64,000 nucleotides of DNA, taken from assembly GCA_047967505.1 (NCBI GenBank), contig CM106538.1. One strand, 5' to 3'. Positions within the stretch are counted from its first letter, which is position 1, and every line of letters starts with the position of its first letter. The DNA is from Dipteris shenzhenensis (lineage: Eukaryota). The position numbers were made by a program, and so were the translations under genes. Shown piece after piece: positions 53,653 through 64,000 of this stretch. Below the pieces are notes generated by a model. It searched no databases. It saw nothing but the letters and a program-made list of their open reading frames with translations, and was not told the DNA's origin.

Positions 53653-55439
53653 GTCTGTTATTTACATGTGGTGGTTTTGTTGGATCCTCTTATCGTGAAT
53701 GCTAGCTCCTTTGCTCATTTTATCTTGCGTTATGACTACATGATAGTGTGGATAGCAACGTTAGTACCGGCATTGTTATCACAGTTTTGCAAGAAGTTAT
53801 ACCAACCTTTTACCAAACGATCGCATGCTCGATGCAATTAGTTGCTTTTAGCCGACGACGTTCCGTTTGCAAGTGTTAGATGTTAGGGGTGTTTTGAAAC
53901 TGAGTAGGAAGGGTAAAAATTTCCATGTTAGGATCACGTCATGTGTCCGCTGCTGAATGCCAAGCCATAAGCAGTCACATGTGCACAAAATATAAGCTGG
54001 ACGATGCCAATATTTAATAATATGAGAGATGTAAGATGAAGATGTAACTGGACCTTGCAGATCATCTGTTTCTTGCAAAATTTTGCTTCGTTTTTAGCCT
54101 TTAGAAAACATGGATCCATGATCTCGTCCCAAAAGCTTCCCTTCTCTCCTCTAGGACTTCATATGCTTCCACTTTTGTCAATTTAAAAATTTCCTTCATC
54201 ATATTTGCTTACCTTTCTGCTTTTCTGTGATCCATTTTATAAACGAAGTACAAAATTGTCCCTTGGGTTCTTCTTTGTGGTTCTACTGTTGGTCAATAAT
54301 CTCAATTCTGCTATATTTCAACTCCAGTTGCAATGCTTCGAGTTCGAAATCTTTGAACTTATCTATGCTTCCATCTGAAGATAGCAAGTAATGAATTCAA
54401 CTGCAGGCTTGTTTGGTTTCATGAATCTAGGCATCTATGTCTCTCCATCTAGTCATCTAATTTGGAATAAGCATTACCTTTGTGCTGGTTACGTGATGTC
54501 TGTGTTTATTTACTTTTTGGGCTGTTCCTCATGTGTTGAGATATCCTTTCCCAACACTCCTCTTTGACCTCCTATTCATTGATACATAGGGGTTTGTAGA
54601 AGGGAGACCCATAATGCAGGATATAGCAGCCTGAGATGAACAGATTCCACCCTACTTAGAGAGCTAAACGTATCTTTTGCCTTTGCAACTTGACTCTCTC
54701 TTCCTAAGTTTTTCTGGTCATGCATGCACGTGTCCTAGTCCACATCTTCCCTTTTTTTAATTTCACATTCGTAGATGCTCAAGTTTTTGTTCAAAAGAAT
54801 GCTGCACCCTCATACTTCCACGCTTCCACTATCGTCACATTCATAGTCGGTTACTAGAAATAATAAGCCAGCTTGTTACGTTAAAACATCAATTTCAACG
54901 TGTCCCTTAGATTCTGGACCCTGTCTCCCCCGTTTCCCATGGTTGGTTTGTGTTCACTTTACTGTCTTCTCCCCCCTATTGGCTGCTACCTTTTCTCGTT
55001 GCATTAGGGTGATGTTTTTGTCTACTTCATGATACTGACTTTCTTTTTTAATGGAGAAAATGAGATATAACACACACAGCTACCTGTAAAAAATCATCAT
55101 TTTACTTTCCTTTTCAACGTGTGGGCTGCGCAAAGGAGCCAGAGGGGTCTCCTTTTTCTTGACTGGTGATAATGCCATAGTTTAGGAACAGCAAGTGGAA
55201 CGGGGTTCCAAAAGTCTTAGATGAGGCTTTGTGGAGGCTGGCATTGATATCGATATTGGCTACGTAAAAATTTGACATGAAAAAATGCTGTGCTGAAAGC
55301 ATAAATGCATTAATGCATGTCAGTGATAACTACAGTTTCAAGTTAAAAACCATATAGTATACTAGGTTTCTTTTCCGAAAGAAGTTTTTTAATGTGTAAT
55401 CCAATAGGTATTATTTAAAGGGATGTGGGACACACGGTA

Positions 55440-56720
55440 CTCTCAATGTCACATACCTTGAAATTTTGTCTACCTTGATGATTTCATTGTTGGGAAGCAG
55501 TTTGACTAATTCGAGAGTATTCATTGGGTGATTTCAAGAGCTTCCATCATAAGATTGGCTAAGAGGATCTAGGATTTTGAGGAGATAGGGAATAGATGGG
55601 TAAATCACTGAGTTTTCACTTGTGAAAGTTAAATGAAAGACAATTTCCTGCTACTTTTCCATGGAGGAGACAAGAAAAGCATTTAGCAACTTGGGTAAGT
55701 TTATGTAGGTGACTGATTTAAGGCTGAAACTTCTTCATAGCAACGACATCTTCATTGCTGCTAAAGAAGTTGCTCAGGGGAGCTCTCGCAAGAGTAAGAT
55801 GTGGGTTATGGTCCCATGAGAAGTTTAAAAAATAAGCATCCTCTTTTGCAAAAATTTCAAGATCTTTAGCATTTTGTGTAAAAGTAGCATCTACTTTGTT
55901 CCAATACTGCTGTAGTGGACCCTTCCTCTCATGTTGATCTTTGGAGGTGATTAGGATCTTAATCTAATATTTGACATTGAGGATGGACTAACTAGGAAGA
56001 ACTCAAAAAAATTGGTTTTTATGATGATATTATGGATTGTTGAGTTAGTGAACTTGCCATTATGGTTTGAATGGTAACTGAGGGAGTAGGGAAGACGAGT
56101 GTAACCCTTGGTATGTAGTATCATAAGCCACATCTATGGTATAGTGTATAACCAATGAATTAGCTAGGAGCAAATAATGAGTTGGAACCAGAGTACCATC
56201 TATCCCTAGAGTAGGTGAGTATATATAAGGTCACGTGTCTGTGTTCAAGCACCTAGTATATTACTCTTGAGATAGATAATAGACATCTAGAAGATAAATG
56301 AACATGTATAGAGTATAGATTAAACAATGTCTTTAGCTAATGATTGAGACATTACTTCAAGGTCTAGACTTATTGTTGTATACATTGATATTTGGGTTGC
56401 CAAGTAGGTGTGGATGTGACTTCCACCCAATAGTCTTGGAGAACATCAAGAGGAAGTTACTCTATCGAAGCTCCACTACCTTAGACTTAGCCTTCAGAGC
56501 CATTGTGGTGAACTAGGTTTTATAAGCCTATGCTTGATATATCACATCTTGTTGCCTCTTGTGTTGGTTAATTCAAGAGATCATCATAGAACTATTGTTG
56601 GTCGGGATCTCATGGCACAGAAGACATGAGGGCCAGAGTCGCTTGGAGCGCTATCATCTTGCCTATACATGAGGGAGGCCTCAACATTATCAAATCCATT
56701 TTTTTTGGGCTCTTTCAGTA
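55440..56720 (+). mobile_element. Highly degraded L1-like LINE fragments
   Basis: GDF-like endonuclease remnant and RVAWSAIILPIHEGGLNII RT C-terminal motif. Confidence 0.55.
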
Positions 56721-57191
56721 CCTAGGGACATGCCTTTGGTGCTGATCTTGAATGTCTACAATGCTTCATTGCTTTAGAGTCTGTTTAACATTGCTAGCCT
56801 TCGTCATGGTTGAGTCTTCCCTTCACCTCCGGAGTGCCTACAAAAACTCAGTACGAAGACTTTGTATAAATGGATGCTCAAGTATGTGTGGGTGTGGATT
56901 TATAAGAGCATATTTTTATACTATGGTCTAAACCCACTGTTGGCCGCTGATGACGTCAGTGGGGATGTCATAGTAGCTAGTCCCTGCTATGCGTGGTGGA
57001 GTTTATGAGTGACTATCATGAGATTGAAACTGCAGTATGTTGTGTTTTTAGAGGATGAGTTTGGGAATGTTCCTCGATTCATCTAGGTATGTCTATTTAA
57101 CATTTACATTTGGGACTGAGAGGATTTGGCAGGGCATTTCACACTTTCTCGGCAAGATGAGGAGAGGTACTTGTTGAAACAAAATTCAGGA

Positions 57192-60100
57192 TGTAATAAA
57201 ACTCTCTCTCTCTTAGACACAGCATTAGATCCAAGGGCAACTTGCTCTCCTGGATCCCCCTTTTGGGCTTATATTTATTTCTCTGTAAAAGGTTACAGAA
57301 ATCTCAGTACAAAAATTGTGTAAAAACGTGAATAGACTAGAATTTACAAGGAGACTAGCTCCCTTTCTTGTCAACATGCCACATGTCACTATTCTAGCCT
57401 ATTTCTAGAATACAAGCCTCAAAGGGCCTCTTTTTCGGGGTCACATGGACCATGTTTCGTTTCTTTACCAAGCTCCTTGATCTCGGGGTATTTTAAACCC
57501 GTCTTTGGTACCTGAAATGTTTTCTAAATGCATTTCGACTAGGCACCCATTAATCGTTAGTCTTTGCATGCAAATAAATAAAAAAAACTCTGACTAATCC
57601 TAGTCACTTGGGGTGTCCCCCTCTAATCACATGTGCACAAAACATATAAACAGATTCTTGGGTTAACCGAGATTAATTACTCTCGATAAATAATTAAAGG
57701 CTTGATTATTCATCAAAGCACTTTAATTAATGTCGAGTCTCTCCAACCGAAGTTGGCACATCTTGGTTAATTAAACCAAGTCTTCCTAACCGAAGTTAGG
57801 TTCTTTGACCAATAAATATTTCTCTTTGAACACAATTAAATATATTGAGAACATTTAATCATGATCAAATAATTGGTCATTTAAATCTTTTTCTTTGGAG
57901 TATTTACATCTTGGTGACATCCCCTTGGCTTCTATTCAATTGACCTCAACTGAAAAGCCTCTTTGTAAATATCCAAGAGCTGTGGATGATCTGATAGCAT
58001 ATCCTCATCCATCCACTTGGCATTCAATGCTGAATAGTTCTTGAATTTTACTGTGAATTTTCCAATGCTCTGGTAAGTCCAATCTGAAAGCCACCTCATT
58101 TCTCTCTTTTGTAACCTGAAAAGGTCCATATAATACCTAGGAGATAGCTTAACATAAACTTTTTCTTTACCCTTGAGCTTCCTGAGCCTTGCTTTCTCAA
58201 ACTTTAGGAGTACCCAGTCTCCTTTGAGATCCATCTGCCTTCTGTGCTTATCTGTAGCCTTCTTGTGCTTTTCCTGAGATCTTTCAATGGCTGTCCGAAC
58301 CTGGCTGAAAGTTGTTTCAAGGTCTCTTACATACTTGCAAATATCTCATCTTTGGTCCTAAGTATGGGTGGAAGAGCCACCTTCCCATAAATGACCTCAA
58401 ATGGACCTTTTCCAGTGGAGCTGTGAACTGTATTATTATAAGCAAACTCCACTAGTGGGACATACTTTTCCCAGTCTGATTTCTGCTCAGCCACGTAGCA
58501 TTTCCGCAGATCCAAAACTGTTGAATTTGCCACTTCACTTTGACCATCTGTTTGGGGTTGAAAAGAAGAGAAAAAATTCAGTTTTGTCCCCATATTATCA
58601 AATAAAGCTCTTCAGAATAAACTAGTCATCTTGGGGTCTTGATCACTGACAATGGATTTAGGCATACCATGATGCTTGAAAATCTGTACCAAAAAGAGCT
58701 CGGCCATGTGATCAGCCTTTATGGTTGTGCGCGCTGGAATAAAATGGGCTTGCTTACTGAATCTATCAATAATAGTCCATATTCCATCATTTCTAGACTT
58801 TGACTGTGGCAAGTCAAAGATAAAATCCATTGCAATACTTTCCCATGGTGCTTGAGGCACGGGAACAGGCATCGATAAGTAGGTGTCTTATCTCTGTCAT
58901 ACTTGACTTTCTGACAAATAAGGCATTTTGTGACAAACTGGTGTATGTCCTTGCGCATACCTGGCCAATAAGGCATTTTGCGAATACCTCTCAATAGCTT
59001 GGGTTGTGGCTGTAATCCCTCGGTGTCCTGCATACGGAGGTGCATGGCATTCATCCAAAATCTTTTGCCTCATCTCTTGGGTGATGCATAAATAGTCATC
59101 TTTCATCAAGTACCCATCTTTCATTGAATATTGATTGGAGGACTGTCCCTCTTGTATTTGCTGAAATATTTTACCAAAATCAACATCATTGGCATATTGC
59201 TCCCTCATTTCCTCAAGATCCCTGTGATGTGCAATTGTCACATTATGTACCTGAGGTCTTCGGGACAAAGCATCAGCCACTCTATTTCTTGCTCCCGGAG
59301 TATGGACAATCTGAAAATGATACATTGACAGCATGTTTGCCCATTTCATATGCTTTTTAGAGAGCTTAGTTTGTGATAAGAAATATCTTAGACTTTGGCG
59401 ATCAGTTTTGACAGTAAAATCTGCACCCAAAAGATAATGCTTCCATGTATTCACAGCATGAACTACAGCCAACAATTCTTTTTCGTACTTTTCCAAATAT
59501 CTCTCAGCATCACGCAATCTTCGGCTTTCGTATGCTACCACGTGTCCATTCTGATGCAATGCAGCCCCAACACACTCTCCACAAGCATCGCAATCAACAT
59601 CAAAAGCTTGATAAAGATCCGGGACTACAAGAATAGGCTCTGTAGTCAACTTCTCCTTGAGTGTATTGAATGTTTTCTCCTGTGACATTCCCCATGTGAA
59701 GGCTGCATTTTTCTTGATAAGATCATGTAGTGGAACTGCAATATCAGAAAAATGCCTGATGAATCTCCTATGATAGGAGCAGAGTCCCAAAAAGCTACAT
59801 ACCTCATGCACAGTTTTCAGCTCTAGCCATTCTTGGATGGCTCGGATCTTTGCAAGATCCATCTGTATCCCATTCTTAGATATTATGTGCCCCAGATAAT
59901 GGATCTCTTCCGAAAAGAATTCACTTTTCTTGGTGCAAAGCTGATGATTTTGAAGTCCTTGAGACACCAAAGCAAGATGTTCTCTGTGCTCTTCTTCTGT
60001 CTTTGAGAAGACCAATCGAAGGAGTGACTTGCTTTGGATTTCCATGGAACATCTGATCAGTGTCAAGAACTCTGCTTAGCTCTTCAATTTTAATCCCTAA

Positions 60101-60265
60101 TCTCAGGGCTAAGTCCAAAGATCTGAAATTGTGTGTAGACCCTGGATCAAATAGGATTAATGCTTGTTGATTTCTTACCTTTCCCCATGATAGCAAAAGC
60201 TCTTTTTCCTTTGGGTCTGAGGTACTACCCAAAACATCTGGGACTGCTCCCACCATTTGTCTCGG
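57192..60265 (-). mobile_element. Chromovirus-like Ty3/Gypsy, 3' part (PR, deleted RT, RH, INT, chromodomain-like tail, 3' LTR ~57192-57919)
   Basis: LFDPGSTHNF, YLGHII, DCDAC..YESR..EKELLA, TDRQSL, VADALSR, PWESIAMDFI, PQTDGQSE, VKFKNY...W. PPT AAGGGGA precedes TGTCA at 57919; the left LTR end is uncertain. Confidence 0.85.
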
Positions 60266-63200
60266 TGATACTGAGAGGGGGAAGAGAGGAGAGGAAGTAA
60301 GCAAGAGAGTGAGAGTGAGAGAGACACAATAGTGCGGGTGTGAAGTGATGAGTGAGCCACACCACAAACTCACTTATGTTGTATTAGGATTAGGTTTATT
60401 CTATGACTGTCTTAAGACAGTCATAGGTGTCCTATCTTTAATTCTTTTAATTAAGGGTAGGCAATGTGCCTTTACCCCAACAACCTCCCACCTAAAGGCC
60501 AATGTGCCAAAAAGGGGAGAAAAGAATAAAAATTACAGCAATATACAGTTACTGTATACTAGACCATAAAGTAAGAATGGTCTCATCCTAATCCCATGAT
60601 GTGGCGGCAATGTGCAAACCGCTCTGTAGGCAAGCTCTTAGTGAGCAAATCTGCAGGATTATCATCAGTATGTACTTTCACAAGCTCAAGACGCTTGTCT
60701 TCCAGTACCTCCCTGATGAAATGATATTTCACTTCTATGTGCTTGGTCTTCTGATGAAAGACCGGATTCTTTGCCAACATGATAGCACTCTGACTATCAC
60801 AATGCAAAACTGGCATGTCACTTGTAATGCCCAAATCTCCCACCAGCCGAGTAAGCCATATTGCTTCCTTGCAGGCCTCAGTGGCTGCAACATATTCAGC
60901 TTCTGTGGTTGACAGTGCAACGCATTTCTGCAACCGAGACACCCATGATATAGCACCTCCTGCAAATGTGAAAATATAACCGGTAGTAGATTTCCGGTTA
61001 TCTGCATTCCCTGCATAGTCTGAATCTGTAAAACCATGCACCAATGCATCCTTCCTACCATAGCATATGCACAAGTCTTTGGTACCTTTGAGATACCTCA
61101 AGACACCTTTCACTGCTTCCCAATGCCGCTTGCCTGGATTTGCCATATACCTGCTGATGACTCCCACCGCAAAAGCAATATCCGGACGAGTGGCAACCAT
61201 GGCATACATCAAAGATCCAACTGTAGATGCATACGGAACCTTGGCCATTTCAGCCTTATCATCATCTGATCTGGGGCTGTCCTTACTGCTGAGTTTTAAA
61301 TGTGGAGGCAACGGGGTACTAATGGACTTCCCCCCCTCCATTTTAAACCTCTGCAGTACTTTGTCAATATACTCTTTCTGTGACAGAAACAAAAGTCCCT
61401 TGGACCTGTCACGAGTAATACGCATGCCAAGAATATGATTTGCATCACCCAAGTCTTTCATGTCAAAAGACTTATGCAGTTGTTTCTTCAAAACACTGAG
61501 ATTTACTGGCAATAAGCATGTCATCCACATACAGAATGAGTAGCATCAAACTGCCATCCTTTGCCCGTTTGGTGTATAAGCAATGATCGGTCTCACACCG
61601 AAGATATCCTTGGGACTGCATGAAGGCATCAAACTTCTTGTACCATTCCCTTGGCGCCTGCTTGAGTCCATACAAGCTCCTCTTGAGCTTACACACAAGC
61701 TGTTCTTTCCCTTTAACAGCATATCCCTCTGGCTGACTCATATAGATCTCATCATGAAGATCTCCGTGAAGAAAAGCTGTCTTCACATCCATCTGACATA
61801 AATCCATGTCGTCATGAGCAACAAGAGCTAACACTGCTCTCAAAGTAGTCATCTTGACTACAGGGGAAAAGATCTCATCAAAGTCAATGCCCTTTTCCTG
61901 CTTAAAACCCTTGGCAACCAATCTGGCCTTATACCGAGGTAAAGCATTTGAATCCACTTTGACTTTGTAAACCCACTTGCATGGCAAAACCTTTCTGCCT
62001 GCAGGTAACTGCACCAAGTCCCATGTATCATTCTGAAGTAGGGAGTCCATTTCTGACTGCATGGCTTTCTCCCACTTCTTTTTCTCTGTTCTTCCCATAG
62101 CTTCCTTGAAGCTGGAAGGCTCACCACAATCTGTCAACATGATAAAATCAGCCACATTATTGGCTCCTGGAACAAACCTGACAGGAGGCCGTTGTGCACG
62201 GGAGCTCCTCCTAACAAAATGTTCCGGATTAGGCTGCTGTCCAGCCTGTTCTTCATGAATGACAGGTGGCTGTACCACCATATCTGGCTGTGCTACAGCT
62301 TCATCTGCTGGCATATCCAGTGGTACATCATTGGCAAAATCATCTGGCTGATTTCCAGCCTGTATACCCTCTTGAACAGGGTGATCTGCAGCAGGCTGCT
62401 GCTGCATATAAATGGGCATTCTTGGTTGTCCAACATCATCATAAATAACCCTCCTGTATTCCACAGGTTGCACGGGTTCCTTGTGTACACTATCTTCTTT
62501 GAAGATGACATCATTGCTGCGTATAATCTTCCGTTTAACGGGATCCCATAACCTGTACCCCATTTCACCTTCATCACCATATCCCATAAAGATGCATCTG
62601 ATAGACTTTGGATCCAGCTTGGTGCGTAGATCTTTGCGTACATGAGCAAAGCACTCGCAGCCAAATACCCGTAAGTGCTTATATGAGGGTGGCTTGCCAG
62701 ACCACACCTCCTCTGGCACTTTCAACTCCAAAGCCTTATTTGGTGACCTGTTAATAATGTGAACTGCTGTTTGCACGGCTTCTGCCCAAAAGCCATGGGG
62801 TAATGCAGCATAAGACAACATACATCGAACCTTCTCCTGAACAGTTCGATTCATCCGCTCACTTGCACCATTTTGAGATGCATTATGAGGGGCTGTGAGT
62901 TCTTGTTTGATGCCCTTAGCTTGGCAAAACTGCACAAAAGCATGTGACACATACTCACCCCCATTATCGGATCTGAGGCATTTCAGCCTACGACCTGTCC
63001 GATTCTCCACCTGAGCGACAAATCTCTTGAAAGCATCTAGGGCATCTCCCTTATGCTTCAAGAAATAGACCCACACCTTACGTGTGGCATCATCAATGAA
63101 AGTAATAAAATATTTGGCACCCCCTAGTGATAACTGTGGCATCTCACACAAATCAGTGTGCACTAGATCAAGTGGTGCTCTATTCTGAGGAGTTCTCCTC

Positions 63201-64000
63201 TTATGAGGAGTGACAGAGTGCTTGCCAAAAATACAATGATCACAAGTAGGCAAATCTGAAAAAGAGAGAGGCGGCAGATAACCCAGACGTGACAGTTCTT
63301 GCATTCCTTTAACAGACATGTGTCCCAACCGGCTATGCCACAATGAAACCTTTGGCAGCTCGGTTATGGCAACAACATGATTACCCACACTGGAAACATA
63401 AAGAGGGTACAAGGTATCACTCTTAAAACCCTCAGCCACTACAGTATGGCCATCAGTAATCACCCATTTGGAATCCCCAAATGTGGTGTGGTAACCACTG
63501 TCATCCAATAAGCCAGTGCTAATCAGATTTTTCTTGATTTGCGGCACATGGCGAACACCATCAAGCATAAATGACTGTCCATCAGGAAGTACTATCTGTA
63601 TACTGCCAATCCCTGCAATCTGACATGCATAGTTGTTCCCAAGATGAACAACTCCATGAGTACCTGTGTAGGAAGTAAACCACTCCCTATGAGGTGTAAC
63701 ATGAAAAGAGGCACCTGAATCCAAGAGCCAGGTGTGCATGTCATGGCCATCAATAACCAAAGCATGTGCTATTACAGCAGAAGAGCATAAAACATCATGT
63801 ATGTCACTGTCACTGTCCTCTGCTGCAACATTCACTGCATCCAAGTCATCTGCCTTGGCCTTGCCTTTGCCTTTGCTTGCATTTCCTGCATCCTTCGTTT
63901 CAGCCTTCTTGGCTTTCTGATCCCGTATGAACTTGAAGCACTTCGACTTCACATGTCCCTTCTTGCCACAATAAAAGCATTCAATGTCCTTTTTGCCACG
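60266..64000 (-). mobile_element. Ty1/Copia (Tnt1-like) nested in the Gypsy; runs off the window end; 3' LTR 60266-60482
   Basis: PPT AGGTGGGAGG then TGTTG...TATCA LTR; the Gypsy sequence resumes at 60265. Confidence 0.9.
60583..64000 (-). pseudogene. Copia polyprotein (CCHC, PR, INT, RT, RH) with one frameshift near 61500
   Basis: CFYCGKKGH, WLLDSGASFH, VHTDL..RSDNGGEY, YKARLVAKGF, YVDD, FTDSDYAG, KHIEV. Confidence 0.93.

Overview
Repeat-rich land-plant nuclear DNA; the TE types, the microsatellite load and the very long intron suggest a fern or other seed-free vascular plant, but this is inference. Two host genes are present. A trehalose-6-phosphate phosphatase (TPP, minus strand) has 9 coding exons visible and runs off the left edge. 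An RNA exonuclease 4-like gene (plus strand) has 6 exons, including a probable GC-AG intron, and then enters a >10 kb TE-filled intron. Between and inside them lie a full-length Ty3/Gypsy element of the Tat/Athila-like group (24837-33842), a decayed L1-like LINE, a hAT remnant, a young Ty1/Copia with a TCTTT target-site duplication (TSD; 42591-48167), LINE fragments, and a chromovirus-like Gypsy interrupted by a Copia. The most unusual object is the Gypsy at 24.8-33.8 kb. Its own RNase H has lost all four catalytic acidic residues. An archaeal-type RNase H with intact catalytic residues sits as a separate ORF upstream of gag, inside a tightly packed cassette of four small sense ORFs. The element's leader also contains an antisense tRNA(His)-like module and a tRNA-His-type primer binding site (PBS).
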